Assembly: GCF_004010195.1 (NCBI RefSeq) | Contig: NC_057751.1 | Location: forward strand, 9,121,611-9,185,610 | Direction of reading: 5' to 3' | Source of the DNA: Chiloscyllium plagiosum | Lineage: Eukaryota | Length of the DNA: 64,000 bases | Shown here: piece after piece, positions 27,324 to 41,319 of the stretch | How positions within the stretch are numbered: position 1 is the stretch's first letter | Layout of the letters: each line of letters begins with the position of its first letter | Position numbers and translations under genes: made by a program | Notes under the pieces: model-generated | Seen by the model: only the letters and a program-made list of their open reading frames with translations | Told to the model about the DNA's origin: nothing | Databases searched by the model: none

Positions 27324-29446
27324 GTGAGGAGACGGCTTTTTGCCTGGATTAAGTTTCTACATTTAATGATGGCATGCATCACATGGAGATCAGGGAGGGA
27401 GGCGTGTCAAATTGGTCTTCGGTGATAGGTAGAAAAATGGGAGCCACAAATAGTCAGTCACTTTAATATCCCAGCCACTTTTCTTTTCCATTCCACTTCT
27501 GAAATAAAACTCAAGTATAAAATGAGCTGCCAAGTAACAACGATTATCATCAAAAATCCATTTCACTACCTCCCCACCAATGCCTTGGTCACTCAATCAT
27601 AAGAAGATTTGCTTTTGAATGGACAGCAATTTGAGAAAACATGATGATTCGAGGATCAAGAAAGATTCAGAGAGAATAAATGTTCTGAAAGAAGTACTTT
27701 ACATTCAAAATGGCTCCTCTTCCATATATGGCAAAACATCAATTCAAAATTATACACTGAGATGGAAGTGCTACCCACACTCATGAGGATGTCAGTTGTT
27801 CAAGATGTCACCTGAGGCAAAATATCCAGTCCAGTTTCTTTGAATTTATTATAGCTGAGTTGGAACTTCCCAACCCCAAAATCTCTCTGATGGCACAGGA
27901 ACAAAAGGATAGTCAGACTACAATGTTGGCATAAGCTGAGGAGGGGCTTTAACAATTGGGAGAAAGAAAAGGGAAGAAATCATCAACTGACCTCTCTACT
28001 ACTGATCTCGGTTCAATAATTTCAGATGGGAAGTGGGTGCCTTTTAATGGACAGGAGTGGTCTCAATTCTCCTGTCATTAAATAAATTCTAAAAGCTCAG
28101 AGCTTGAGTTTACAGAGTACAACTGGCTGCTTGGGAAAAATAAGTGGTCCAGTGGTGCTCGTTATCTTCCACTAGGCTTGAGTCTGTATGCACATTTTCT
28201 TCTGAATTAGAAAGTAATGGTTTGAACTGTACAGTGGGACTTGAGTACAGATCCCTGTTGTCAAATCAGCATCAGGCAAGAGACAAGTGCACTTTGAGTG
28301 TAAAAACATTGAAGTTATGATAAATAGTGGGCGCTCAGATTAACTGTGGTTTCGGGCCAACACATTAGAAAAGACATGCAAACCACGATACATGTACATC
28401 ACAGATTCTGCAGAATGATATCTGAGCTAATAAACTATTGTTATGGGGAGGTACATGTGGTCATAGGATAATTTTTAGTAAAATTGTAAGAGTTCCTTTA
28501 ATTGAGAAAGAAATTGTTTGATTAGATAGTCAGTGATTACACTATCAATTTTAAATTGTGCCAATGTGAGGAGAAGCTAAAAGGAATTTCTTTGCACCAC
28601 TAGAATCGCATCGCATAGACAGTGCTGAAATGTGTAAATTTGCTATTACATGACAGACTACTTAAGCCTCCACATGTTCTTTCTCACCTCACTCCATCAG
28701 CTGAGAAGAATAAGAGGTGAACTTATTAAAACATTCACTAAGGGGTCTTGACAGCATATAGCACCTATTACAAGGGATGTAATAGCAGATCATTCAAAAG
28801 TGCATAACAAGACCAATCAGAGTACAGAATGGCAATCTGAAACCAGTGGAGTGCCAGAAGGATCAGTGCAGGGACCAGAGTGATGCATAATGTAAGGGAA
28901 TGATTTGTCTCAGATACATGTCATTAACTCAGGTTCTAGGAGCTTCAGCTGGCTGGCCTCATTACAATCATTACATGAGGGTGTGAAAACTGTAGAACAG
29001 ATCACTTTTTCACTTTCAGACTCAGGAAGGCAGTCTTTTGCTTTTTAACAGACAGAGGATTTAAATAACTTGCCATCTTAACAGCATGACGTATTTTGTC
29101 TGCTTTACGAGAGCATTTCAGTCTCCACCATGAAGTCATGAAAAACATATTGCAGACTGAGGCTGTTCCTGGAGCAGTTAGATCCACTTGCAAGCGTGCA
29201 GTTATATATCCAGGTAATTCAAAATTTGTGCCTGTGTATTTCATACACTTTCCTCATCACCCATCTTCCACCAAACATGTGATTTACCAGGAATTGGGGT
29301 GAAACATCTGGATCCAGAGCCTGCACATCACTTCTAAAGGACACCATTGCGCCATCTGCAAAAATCTGGATCAGCATGTTTCATTCTTGCTTTTGAATTT
29401 GGACAAATAGTCTAGAGTGGAATTTCAGTGCTCTGCCAAGGGAACA

Positions 29447-29673
29447 TGAGATAACTCATCAGAGGCTGGTCTCTCGTCAGCAAGTCACCCTTTATTTACA
29501 CATGCCAAGTCCTTGACACTGGCCCAGCTGCCTCAGAGGCAGCTCTCAGAGTGAGGAGACTCTCTGATACTCCTGTTTCTGTCTGTCAGCCAGAGGTCCC
29601 TGATTGGATGAGATTCACTGCCCCATTCAGGGAACTCAGATTCTATGAGATCCATCTTGCTGACATCAATACA
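29447..29673 (-). mobile_element. Solo LTR, about 227 bp
   Basis: TG...CA ends, AATAAA on the - strand (tttatt), homology to 23460-23655; no clear TSD. Confidence 0.6.
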
Positions 29674-29876
29674 GAGTCTGCAATAGACAATAGACAATAG
29701 GTGCAGGAGTAGGCCATTCTGCCCTTCGAGCCTGCACCACCATTCAATATGATCATGGCTGATCATCCTCAATCAGTATCCTGTTCCTGCCTTATCTCCA
29801 TAACCCTTGATTCCACTATCCTTGAGAGCTCTATCCAACTCTTTCTTAAATGAATCCAGAGACTGAGCCTCCACTG

Positions 29877-30611
29877 NNNNNNNNNNNNNNNNNNNNNNNN
29901 NNNNNNNNNNNNNNNNNNNNNNNNNNNNNNNNNNNNNNNNNNNNNNNNNNNNNNNNNNNNNNNNNNNNNNNNNNNNNNNNNNNNNNNNNNNNNNNNNNNN
30001 NNNNNNNNNNNNNNNNNNNNNNNNNNNNNNNNNNNNNNNNNNNNNNNNNNNNNNNNNNNNNNNNNNNNNNNNNNNNNNNNNNNNNNNNNNNNNNNNNNNN
30101 NNNNNNNNNNNNNNNNNNNNNNNNNNNNNNNNNNNNNNNNNNNNNNNNNNNNNNNNNNNNNNNNNNNNNNNNNNNNNNNNNNNNNNNNNNNNNNNNNNNN
30201 NNNNNNNNNNNNNNNNNNNNNNNNNNNNNNNNNNNNNNNNNNNNNNNNNNNNNNNNNNNNNNNNNNNNNNNNNNNNNNNNNNNNNNNNNNNNNNNNNNNN
30301 NNNNNNNNNNNNNNNNNNNNNNNNNNNNNNNNNNNNNNNNNNNNNNNNNNNNNNNNNNNNNNNNNNNNNNNNNNNNNNNNNNNNNNNNNNNNNNNNNNNN
30401 NNNNNNNNNNNNNNNNNNNNNNNNNNNNNNNNNNNNNNNNNNNNNNNNNNNNNNNNNNNNNNNNNNNNNNNNNNNNNNNNNNNNNNNNNNNNNNNNNNNN
30501 NNNNNNNNNNNNNNNNNNNNNNNNNNNNNNNNNNNNNNNNNNNNNNNNNNNNNNNNNNNNNNNNNNNNNNNNNNNNNNNNNNNNNNNNNNNNNNNNNNNN
30601 NNNNNNNNNNN
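29877..30611. other. Assembly gap (735 N)
   Basis: Run of n inside the RT region of the LINE. Confidence 0.99.
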
Positions 30612-33292
30612 CTGAAAGTCCAGGTACACTACATCTACTGGATCTCCCTCGTCTATCTTCAGAGTTACATCCTCAAAGAATTCCAGAAGATTAGTCCCTT
30701 CATAAATCCATGCTGACTCTGACCTATCCTGTTACTACTATCCAGATGTGTTGTAATTTCATCCTTTATAATAGACTCCAGCAACTTTCCTACCACTGAG
30801 GTCAGACTAACTGGTCTATAATTTCCTGCTTTCTCTCTCCCACCTTTCTTAAAAAGTGGTACAATATTAGCCACCCTCCAATCCGCAGGAACTGATCTCG
30901 AATCTATCGAACTCTGGAAAATAATCACCAACGCATCCACGATTTCTCGAGCCACCTCCTTCAGTACCTTGGGATGTAGACCAACAGGCCCCGGGGACTT
31001 ATCAACCTTCAGACCTAACTATCTCTCCACCACCAATTCCTGGCAAATATAAATTCCCTTAAGTTCAGGTCCTTCAGCCACTGTTACCTCAGGGAGATTG
31101 CTTGTGTCTTCCCCAGTGAACACAGATCTGAAGTACCAATTAAATCCTTCTGCCATTTCTTTGTTCCCCATAATATATTCCCCTGTTTCTGTCTTCAAGG
31201 GCCCAATTTTAGTCTTAACCGTTTTTGCCTTTCACATACCTAAAAAGGCTTTTACTATCCTCCTTTATATTTTTGGCCAGTTTACCTTCGTACCTCATTT
31301 TTTCTCTGTGTATTTCCTTCTTCGTAATTCTCTGTTGTTCTTCCCAGTCCTCCGTTTTCCCACTTATCTTTGCTATGTTGTACTTTTTCTCTTTTAACTT
31401 TATATGTTTCTTAACTTCCCTCATCAGCCACGACCACCCATGCCTCCTCCTAGGATCTTCCTTCCTTTTTGGAATGAACTGATTCTGCATCTTCTACATT
31501 ATACACAGAAATATCCGCCATTGTTCCTCCATGGTCATCCCTGCTAAGGTATTGCACCATTGAACTTTGGCCAGCTGCTCCCTCATAGCTCCATAGTTCT
31601 CTTTATTCAACAGAAATATTGTCACTTCCGATTGTACCCTCTCTCTCTCAATTTGCAGATTGAAGCTTATTGTATTATGGTCACTACTTCGCAATGGCTC
31701 CTTCACTTCGAGGTCCCTGATCAATTCTGGTTCGTTGCACAATACCAGACCCAGAATTGCCTTCTCCCTGGTAGGCTCCAGCACTAGCTGTTCTAAGAAA
31801 CCATCTCGGAGGCACTCCACAAAGTCTCTTTCTTGAGGTCCAATACCATCCTGCTTCTCCCAGTCTACCTGCAGGTTGAAATCCCCCATAACAACTGTAG
31901 TAACATCTTTGCGACAGGCCAATTTCAGCTCCTTTACATCCGGCATCCAGACTACTGTTTGGGGGCCTGTAGATAACTCCCAAGAGGGTCTTTTTACCCT
32001 TAGAATTTCTCAGCTCTATCCACACTGACTCCACATCCCCTGATTCTAGGTCCCCCTGCGCAAGGGACTGAATATTATCCCTTACTAACATGGCCACCCC
32101 ACCCCCTCTGCCCGTCAGTCTGTCCTTATGATAGCCTTGAATACTCATTTCCCAGGCCCTGTCCACTTGAAGCCACGTCTCAGTTATCCCCACAATATCG
32201 TATCTGCCAATTTCCAAAAGAGCCTCAAGCTCATCCATCTTATTTCTAATGCTTCGTGCATTCATGTATAGTATTTTTAATTTGTTACTGCCCTCACCCT
32301 TCCCATCAATTCCTATTTCACTCAACCTTACAGCATGATCCATTTTTGAATTTTCTGCCTCAATTGATACAGTTGTCTTTCTTGACTTCCCTTGTTCTAA
32401 CTTTCCCTTCAATTTCCTTCTTAAACATCCAGTTTGTCCCCTCCCCCCACACTACTTAGTTTAAACGTAGCTGTGTTGCAGTAGCAAACCTGCCTGCTAG
32501 AATGCTGGTCCCTAACCTATTAAGGTGCAAACCGTCTCTCTTGTATAATTTATGCTTACCACAAAACATACCTCAGTGATCCAAGAATTTAAATCCTTGC
32601 TTCCTGCACCAGTTCCCTAGCCACACTTTCAAGTCCATTATCTCCCTGTTTCTGGCCTCACCAGCCCGAGGAACTGGAAGCAAACCGGAGATAACACCCT
32701 GGACGTACTGCTTTTCAGCCTTCTTCCTAGTTGTCCGAAGTCACGCTGTAGTATGTTCCTCCTCTTCTTCCCGACGTCATTTGTGCCGACATGTACCACC
32801 ACCTCTGGCTCTTCACCTTCGTCCTTGAGGATTTCCTGCACTCTGTCTGTGATGTCTTTAACCCTGGCACCAGGAAGGCAACACACCATCCTTAAGTCCC
32901 GCCTGCTGCCACAAAAACCCCGGTCAGTTCCTCTCACTATGGAGTCCCCTATTACCACAGCTCTGTGCGATGTCCGACTCTTCCGCTCTGCCTCCACGCC
33001 AACTTTTGATTGACAGACCTAGCCGCCTTGCGGACTGACAGTGTCATCTGTCTCTACTGTTTCCAAAAGATTCAACTTGTTCCTGACAGGTACTTCCCCC
33101 GGGGTCTCTTGCACCTTTATCCTCTCTGCCTTCCTCATCATCTGCTCTCTTCTGGTATGGTTGGTGTAATAACCTCGCTGAAGATCTTGTCCAGAAAGAT
33201 TTCGTTCTCTCGGATGAGCCTAAGGTCCTTGAGTTCTTTCATCAGTGCTGCAATGTGCTCTGTCAGTAGCTGAACGTGCACACACTTTCCAG

Positions 33293-33513
33293 TTTAGATT
33301 AGATTAGATTACTTACAGTGTGGAAACAGGCCCTTCGGCCCAACAAGTCCACACCGCCCCGCCGAAGCGCCACCGACCCATACCCTTACGTTTACCCCTT
33401 ACCTAACACTATGGGCAATTTAGCGTGGCCAATTCACCTGACCTGCACATCTTTGGACCTTGTGAGGAAACCGGAGCACCCGAAGGAAACCCACGCAGAC
33501 ACGGGGAGAACGT
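33293..33513 (-). mobile_element. 5'-truncated HE1-like SINE inserted into the ORF1 zinc finger of the CR1
   Basis: (tagat)n tail and a body similar to 42951-43293 and 49620-49952; it interrupts SY..GKCVHVQ. Confidence 0.85.
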
Positions 33514-36500
33514 TTATACGAGCCAGACACACCAGAGTCATTGACCTCCCACATCAAGCATGTAGCACACTGAACCAGCTTGACAGTCATGACTTCACCC
33601 ACTTCAGCTGTGGCGTAATCACTTCACTCAACCTCCTTGTCAAAGACTCCTGAGCTAAAGCCTCACTCTTCAATCCACAGGAACTTCCTTGGACCCTCTT
33701 TTTGGGGCAAGTTTGTGGATTTTAAATTTAGGTTAGAGGAGGAGGGTGGAGGGAGGCCCTACTTTGTAGGACCTGGGGTCTAGAACACACCCACTCAAAT
33801 AACAATCACTTACCTTCCCGACCGGCTTTGCGCTCCGACTTCACTTCCGCCCTGCTCCCGCCGCTCTCTGCTGCAAAAAAAAATCTGTTGAAAGAGATGT
33901 TAGATTAATTTTTCTTTTTCAGATAGATGTTAAAAACTCAAATCAAACAAGAACAGGTCAGGCTCCTGTGTCCTGATGAGGCATCCTTGATTTTTGGAAA
34001 AAAACATTCAAAAGATTTGTGGATAGGGAACGAAAATGGAGTTGAGTTTATAAGATGAATGGTGGAACAGCCTCAAGGTGCAATATGGTGTACCTGTGCT
34101 CCAGTTTCCTCTGTTCTTCTTCATCAATCAGCACCACCAAAATCATTTTAACTGGTCATGAATCTTACTGCCATTTGTTGAATGTTGTTGTGAACAAACT
34201 GATTGGTGCAAATACCTACAAAACAACAGTCATTGTACTTCCAAGTAACTTGTTGGTTAATTAATGTGTTGAGATGTTGAGTGTGAGAAAGTCTCTGTAC
34301 AATCGTGAGTGCTTCCTTAAATATTCCTCCTGCACTAAAATAATGATTTGTATCCCACTTTTTGCTTTTTTGACTTCATTGGGTTTTCAGGTAGGTCAAA
34401 TGAGACCTGTGAGTTTTTTAAGTGTTTTACAATGAAACTCAGATATACAAATCATTTTGAGAACCAGACTAAAAAGATCAAATGGCCAATTAAGAACTAA
34501 CAAAAGTAAAATGGAATAAAATACTTTTGTTTTAAATCTTAGTACTTTGTTTCATACTTTGCATCAGTCTGCTATTTGTCCAGATTGAGGTGCTATCATA
34601 TTTATAGGGAAAAGGTATTAAGAAATAATGTTTTCTGTAGCTGGTGCTGAAATTTGAGGTGATGCTTTGAGATTTCCTGTCAAGATGACAGTCATTAGGG
34701 GGTGCAAGTGAAAAAGGAGAACAAACTAAGTACAGTACAGAAGAATGCAGAATTTGTGCTTAACTCACTTGACAAATTAAAAATAATTTAGTTTGAAAAA
34801 TTTCTTCTAAAAAGGAACAACAAAGCAGGATCAAAATCAGGAAATGTTTCAACTGAACTGTGAGCAAACATTTTAGAACAATTGCTTTCTTGTACTTTGT
34901 ACAACCTTTGATACCAGTTCTCCCAGCTGACTGCTCCACTTTTCTGACAAGCTCTGAGAATATCTGTCTATAACAGTGTAACAAGAGGGTATAAAGAAGG
35001 GTGATTTTCATCTATTTACTGCACTGTACACACTGCAAGATGGGATACTAGGGAAAGGGCAACTAAAGACCAAACACTCCTACCCATTTCCTGCAAACGC
35101 TGAGACAATTTTGAACACTAGATGAACATACAGACTTAGGAGCAGGAGTAGGTCACTCCATCCCTCTCTTTGTTTTAAAAATATTCAAAGATTATGTTTC
35201 CACCATTGTTGAGGAAGAAGGCTCCAAACGCTCAATGTCGTAGTGAAAATCACTTCCACAAACTCAACCCAACTACATGAGCCAAAAAACTGTAAGATGC
35301 AGCCCTTCGTTCAAGATTTTCCCACAAACTCCAACCAAGACACATAAGGATCTCCTGTGTCTTTAGTAAGTCACCTCTTGCATTTATCAATGCTAGCAGA
35401 TATAAGCCTAGCTTGTCCAGCATTTCTATATAAGTGAACCTGCCTATCCCAGGTCTTCATCCAAGAAATCTCCTCTGAACTGCTTCCAGTGTAATTCTAT
35501 CATTTCTTAAATAAGAAGACGAATAGTGCATACAGATGTGGTCTCATCAATGCCTTAAAAAATCAAAACCTAACTTTGCATTTGTCGTGACATGAGGGCA
35601 TGAAGAGAAATCACATTGAAAACTGTATTCTCTTTTCTGTTTTTTTGTTTAAATTACGTTTCTTTTAAAATAGATAACCTTGCTAGACATAAAATAGCAG
35701 ATGCTGATCATGTGATCATATTTCCAGAAGCCTTTGAACCTCAAGCACTGTACTGACATTCCAGCTAAAACTGTCACAAAGGACTTCGAGATGAGTTGTC
35801 TGCTTCCAGTCACGTTTGGACAAAGAAAAATATTAAGACTTATTAAGCTGAAGTGGACACTGGTGGACCTCATAATAGACACTGTTGGGGAAGTGAAGTT
35901 GCATTATCAGCTTAACAACCTTTCAATTAAACTACGAAATGGACCCTCTAATGCACCTAAAATGCCCATTTCTTTGCCAAAAGAATGAAATCTGAACTTG
36001 GTAAAATATTTAAATATACAATACTGAGATTCTAAGGCAGTTGCAGTTTGACCTCCAGAGGGAATGTCGAACTTCAGGCTTTGGTGGCACTCTGTATCAG
36101 ACCCTTCATCTCTATCTCTAATGTGGAGGCTGGAAGGAAGCCGACACTTTGCCTGAAATAAGAAAAGCTACTGGCTCCAGCTCACTGAGAAATTATTGGA
36201 CACTGACCTCAAGGAAGTTTAAATTCATGATCTATCAACCTCAGCCCTGTCTTCTTTCATCGACTGAGTGGTTGTGTTTGTGTGAATGGAATAGCATGTG
36301 ATTCCCTCACATTTTGAATGTTTTGCTCATAAATCCCAGTTTTGGCGTTCAAGGATTTAGATGTGAGTTTCATTCAAAAATTGGATTCCAAAAGCCAAGA
36401 TTTGAAGAACACCCTTTGGCCTATTTCAGTAGGGAGAGTATCAAACAGTACTTCACAGTTTCGAGTTAAGAGGGAAAAAAATCAATCACCCATTTTCTGT

Positions 36501-36717
36501 GACAAATTTGAATCTTCTTGCAATAGATAAGATCATTCTCCTAGCTTTCCTAATGACTTGCCTTATCTTCACTCTTAACTTTTCAAGATTTATGCACTTG
36601 AATTTCCAGATTCCTTTGCCTCGCAGGACTTTGCAATCTCTCAACAGTTTAATAAAATGCTTCCTTTTATATTCTTCCCATCAAAATAGATGTTTTCAGA
36701 TTTTCTCTCATAATTCC

Positions 36718-37249
36718 TGTTATGGACCAGGCCAGACCCCCCCCCTCCAAACATTTTAAGAACTTAACTTTTCATTTTCTTTTTGGCAGATGTAAAGTGG
36801 ATATTCCAGGAGTGTTGCAGCTGGTCAAACCACTTAGCTTTAAACAAAACAGAATTTATTTAAACATTATGGATGAAACATGAACAAACAAAAACAGAAT
36901 TTAGAATAACTTAACTTATTTGATAACCCAACTGACACAATATGGCAAAAGATAAATTCAAACACAGGTTTTTACAGGCAGGAGAGATCTCAGAGAGAAA
37001 GTTCAGGCAAAACCTCTGCTGAAACACGGAACCTCTTTTCATTACAGCTGCTTCTCTTGGGCACCAGCAGTTTTTAGCTGCAAAAAACAAACCTAATGAG
37101 AAAAAAAGCTGAACTGGGAGAACTGGCCACTCCCCTGCCATTGTTCAAAGTAACCAATTCCAGACAAATCAGTACCTCTGCTTTTACGACACCACTTGAA
37201 AAAAAAACCAAAGACAACATAACCTTGTTAAAGGAGCAGCATCGTTACA
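36718..37249. mobile_element. Solo-LTR-like insertion, about 530 bp
   Basis: TGTTATG...CGTTACA termini interrupting the CR1; no convincing TSD. Confidence 0.6.
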
Positions 37250-37433
37250 CTCATTTGACAAATTTTTGCCCAATCATGGAACTCATCTATATCCTTTTAT
37301 AGCATCATTTATATTCTTCATGATTTACAATGCTATCTATCTTTGTGTCACGACAAAAACAACCTGCAGATGCTAGAATCCAAAGCAGACAGGCATGAGA
37401 CTGGAAGAACACAACAAGCCAGGAGGTAGAGAA

Positions 37434-37466
37434 GTCAACGTTTCAGGTATAACCCTTCTTCAGGAC
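37434..37466 (-). ncRNA. Minimal hammerhead ribozyme motif in a Penelope-type insert (37350-37466)
   Basis: - strand gtc-CTGAAGA-a-gggt-tat-acct-GAAAC-GTT-gac: both conserved boxes, stem II with one G:U pair, and 3-bp stem I gtc/gac. Confidence 0.7.
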
Positions 37467-40400
37467 TATCTCAGTGAACTGAGCAATCATACCTTTGTTT
37501 TCTTTAACCAGATCATTTATATAAACTGAAAAAAAGTTGAGGCCCGAGGACTGATCCCTGTGGCACACCACTCCATAATACATCTTACTAATGGAAAATG
37601 ACCCATGTATCCCTATTCTCTGTTTCCTCTTAGCTTGCTAATCTTCTATCCATGCCAACATGAACTTTTATGTTCCACAATAACCTTTGATTTGGCACCT
37701 TCTCAAATTCCTTCTGGAAATCTAAGTTTAGTCCATCCCCTTGTTCCCTTTTATCCACAGCACAGGTTACTTCAAACAACTCAAAAAAGATTGAACAAGA
37801 TTTGCCTTTCACAAAACCATGTTGAATCTGCCAGATTAACCTGAACTTTTCTAAGTGTAGTGAAATACTATCTTTAAGAAGAGATTCTAACATTTTCCCC
37901 ACTGTTAAGCTTTTTTCAACTTAACATTTGTTCAGCTAAATGGCCTATTGTTCCTTGCTTCCTGTCTCCCTCCTTTCTTAAATAAATGAGTTACATACCT
38001 TATAAAAAGGAACAGCTTTCCTCTTACACCTGGTAAAACACACAAGAGCCTCAGTGCAGCATCTGTCACTTTTCAAAAATTTAGGATCCCAGTATCATTT
38101 TCAAAGGTTAATGGGCCTGGAATGATTTAATCCACTTTTACTGGCCACTGCGGAAACAGTTTTCTCAGCAAGCCAGGAGCTGTAGAAACTTGCTCTGCAG
38201 TTTCCTCAATCCTCCTCAGTAGGCAGTGCCAGCTTAACTCATTATTGTGCACCCAAATGCCATGAATATCACAAGTTATAACAGGTGGGCTTTTGAACAT
38301 TATTAGTCAAAAAGAGACATTTGAGTTTAAAAAGAGCAGCAGACTGGAAGAGAGGTTAAGGAAGAGAGAGGACATTTCAAGGTAGAAGCATCTACTGTCC
38401 AACACATCTTTAACTTAAATTGAAATAGTGGTTTTGTTTGGCCAGTGTACCATCACCCATGAGTGAACTCTCTCCAAGGGAACCTTTCTTGGCTTATTTG
38501 GAGTTCTGCCCCCTCTGCACTTGAACACGGTGGCCACTCCAGAAATCTGAGCTGGCTCTGCTGCTTTGCTGAACCTCCAGGCCAAATGGAAAATTGCAAC
38601 TGGCATCTTGCAATTTTCTGGAAGACGATTTTATGAGGCTGGTAACCCACCAGATGCAGGTTGCTGGGTCTGCCACCCTATAAGTCACCTGCACAAAAAA
38701 GACCTGAAAATGGATGGAACCGGTACGTCAGCCAGTATGGTATTTTTAGCACCCACTTGCCTCTATTCCTAGTAGCAGAAGAGGTTCAAAATTTAGAGAA
38801 GAGAATCTGTTCAGAAACAATGAACCAACAAGCTTTCTGTTGGAAAACCTCAGACTGCATCAAGCATATCCCGGGCATGGCAGGAACACTGTGCGAGAGT
38901 TTTGGATGGCCAAGAACCTTTGCAGGAGACTAGCCAATCATAATACTCTCTCTTTTCGAGAAAGGACGCCACCACCCCAACAATGTTATATGTCACTATC
39001 CCTTAATTCATCGCTCACTATGATTGCATTGTTGCCAGATGTGGGTTACAGGAGAAAGTGGGGAGGTGAAGATGAAGGAGCATGAGAGATTGCCACACAC
39101 ACCTTTGAAAGCAATCTTCAACTATGTTCACAATACTCATCAGGAACTTCAGGATGGGTCATGGACTGAATGTGGGGGGACTGTAATGGTTTCATGACAA
39201 CATCTGTCATTAAGATGGTTTTACAGCCAGAACCTTACAACATTCAAACCTTAAGAGAACTGCAAGAAGCGAAATGAAAATGATAGTGACTGGAAACAGC
39301 TGAGCTCTGTTGTGACCTCATGACTGTCATATTATTCATAGGCATGTAAACCTTAATTCCAATGATGCTGTAAATGAATTTAAGTGAACATGGTGCAACT
39401 CTGATCGAGATTATGACAATTTAATCTTCAGTCTGCGCTAAACTGGCACCTGAAATGGCTGCGGAGGGTATGACAAATGACTCACTGCCGATTGGCTGTG
39501 AAGAGCAAAGTCAACATTACATCATTGTCTTAGTTGCTTCTTCACAGAAGTATCTTTTCAGACGCCTTGTCTGGATCTTGTGTCACTGAAGCTGGGGAAA
39601 TGAATTTCAAATCTGATGGGTTTATCTTTACAGGCACAAATGGCAAATAAATATTTCTGGATAAATTATGATTTAGCTAAAAGCAGAGCAAGAGAGAGGG
39701 AAAGTGATGGTTCCTTGATGTATCCCCAAAGATCTTAGTGAGCAGCTACTTTGAGCTGTTTGTGACATGCAAACCAGGATCATATTATTTGCCCCGGCAT
39801 GCTTTCAGCAAAGAGGATTTTCCTGGGAGTGAAATTTATGGTCCACTCTTCCTGGACAGTTTCATTACATGGGATGCATTTAACTATTTACTGTTCACTT
39901 GAATGTTAGCATTTTAATGCAATCTTTCAGGAACTAAAAATTTTGATTTTGTTTTTAGGGGGAAGTAAAATATAAAAATGTCAATTTACTTTTGGCACAT
40001 ATTTACTGCCAATGAGAAATCTTAAGTTATTCACCTCTTCTTGCCTCCACTTCTCCATGTTTTTCATCCCATCTCTCCAGAAAGCATGGATTTGTGTAAA
40101 GTAGCAGTCACAAATGAACAGTTATATCACATTGTGAACATGTAAAAGCCTTTCACAGAACTGATTATTAAATAAAGTTTGACACGAATCCATTTAAAAA
40201 GATATCAGGTCAAACGAACAGAAGCTTGTCCAAACAAGAGTTTTTAAGGAATGCCTTTAAGATTGAATGAGGTGGAGAGGTTCAAAGGTTCAGGGAGGGA
40301 ATTCTAGAACTTAGAATCAATTGAATGTGTGGCTGCCAATGGTTGAGCAATTAAAATTGGGAGATACACCAGAGGGCAGAATTGAAAGAACACAGATACC

Positions 40401-41319
40401 TTGAAGGCTTGTCAAGCTGAAGGAGATTAAAGAACTCAGGAGTGGTGAAGCCTTGGAGGGATTTTTAAAAAAAGAAGAGAATTTTAGGATCCAAGCACAA
40501 TTGTGATCGGTAAATTGGATACAATAAAAATGAGGACAAAGGCTGCAGAGTCCATCCAGTACTTGTTATGTTCATCAAGGGCAAGCCAAATGTAGCGAGC
40601 ATTCACAAATCATTCAAAAATAGCAGGATTCGCAATTAAACCCAATTTTCTTTTCAGCTGTCCAATAACACAGATGCTTTCCAGCAGAGTTCACAGGATA
40701 GCAAAAAGGAATTAAAACATTGACTAATTTTTCCCTTCATGAGTCTAGAGGAGAGGGCTAAATTTGTTCAGCTCAAAGAACACACAGATTGGTAACTGAG
40801 CCTGAGGTTTGTCAAGTATGTGTGCCTCAGCATCATATTTGGTTCAATTGACCATGTGGGAAGCAAAGTCTCATTTAAAAAAAAAGACGATTTGGCTTCC
40901 ACAGTGAACCTGAATATTTAATCTGCCGTGAGATTAAAGCAATGAGTAAAGTGTCAATATTTATGCAACCAGAGGTGCAGAAAATAATTAAATGCTTTAT
41001 GTCAGAATAACATATATGCCAGAAAGGTTTGGCCAGACTATCTTCCTTCATGATGCTGGAAGTGATTAACTTTGAACTGTTTGAACTGACAAAATAAATT
41101 GTTTGAGTTTATCTCTTTTTTGCATGCTTTCTTTAGTGCATTGCTGTACTCTTTGACAAAAGGGAAAGAAAACCTTGGAGTCTGATGAGGATTTTTCTCT
41201 CATTATTTCAACCTTTCTTCCTCTCAGCTTTTTTGTTTAGATATAATTATTGTCAGTTTTCTTCATTTTCTTGTTTATCCTTCATCTTACGTCTTGTTCC
41301 TCCTCTGCATTATTTGGGT

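Larger units (their letters stand above)
29681..33874 (-). mobile_element. Near full-length CR1-clade LINE: ORF1 (zinc finger and SGNH esterase) and ORF2 (APE endonuclease and RT), frameshifted, spanning an assembly gap
   Basis: ORF1 CATCLMWE..GKC and AVVIGDSIVRG..VCCLPGA..VHVGTND; EN YMNARSIRNK, GITETW, IYRPP, MGDFN, SSDHN; RT NYRPVSLTSVVGK, SQHGF, YLDFQ; (caataga)n tail at 29681. Confidence 0.95.
36540..37990 (-). mobile_element. Old CR1-clade LINE RT fragment hosting nested insertions
   Basis: GKMLESLLKD..QHGFVKGKSC..LDFQKEFEKVP on the - strand; gatccctgtggcacaccact is the SGVPQGS antisense. Confidence 0.85.

Noticed and set aside
27324..27352. Read-through alternative C-terminus [13 protein letters not shown]
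   Set aside because: The donor is strong and the conserved terminal exon exists at 44108; nothing supports intron retention.
29769..30716. Long 286/288-aa ORFs
   Set aside because: Artefacts of translating the N gap.
38050..39100. Cluster of short overlapping ORFs, possibly another decayed coding element
   Set aside because: I could not find diagnostic motifs by eye; it needs a translated search before any call.
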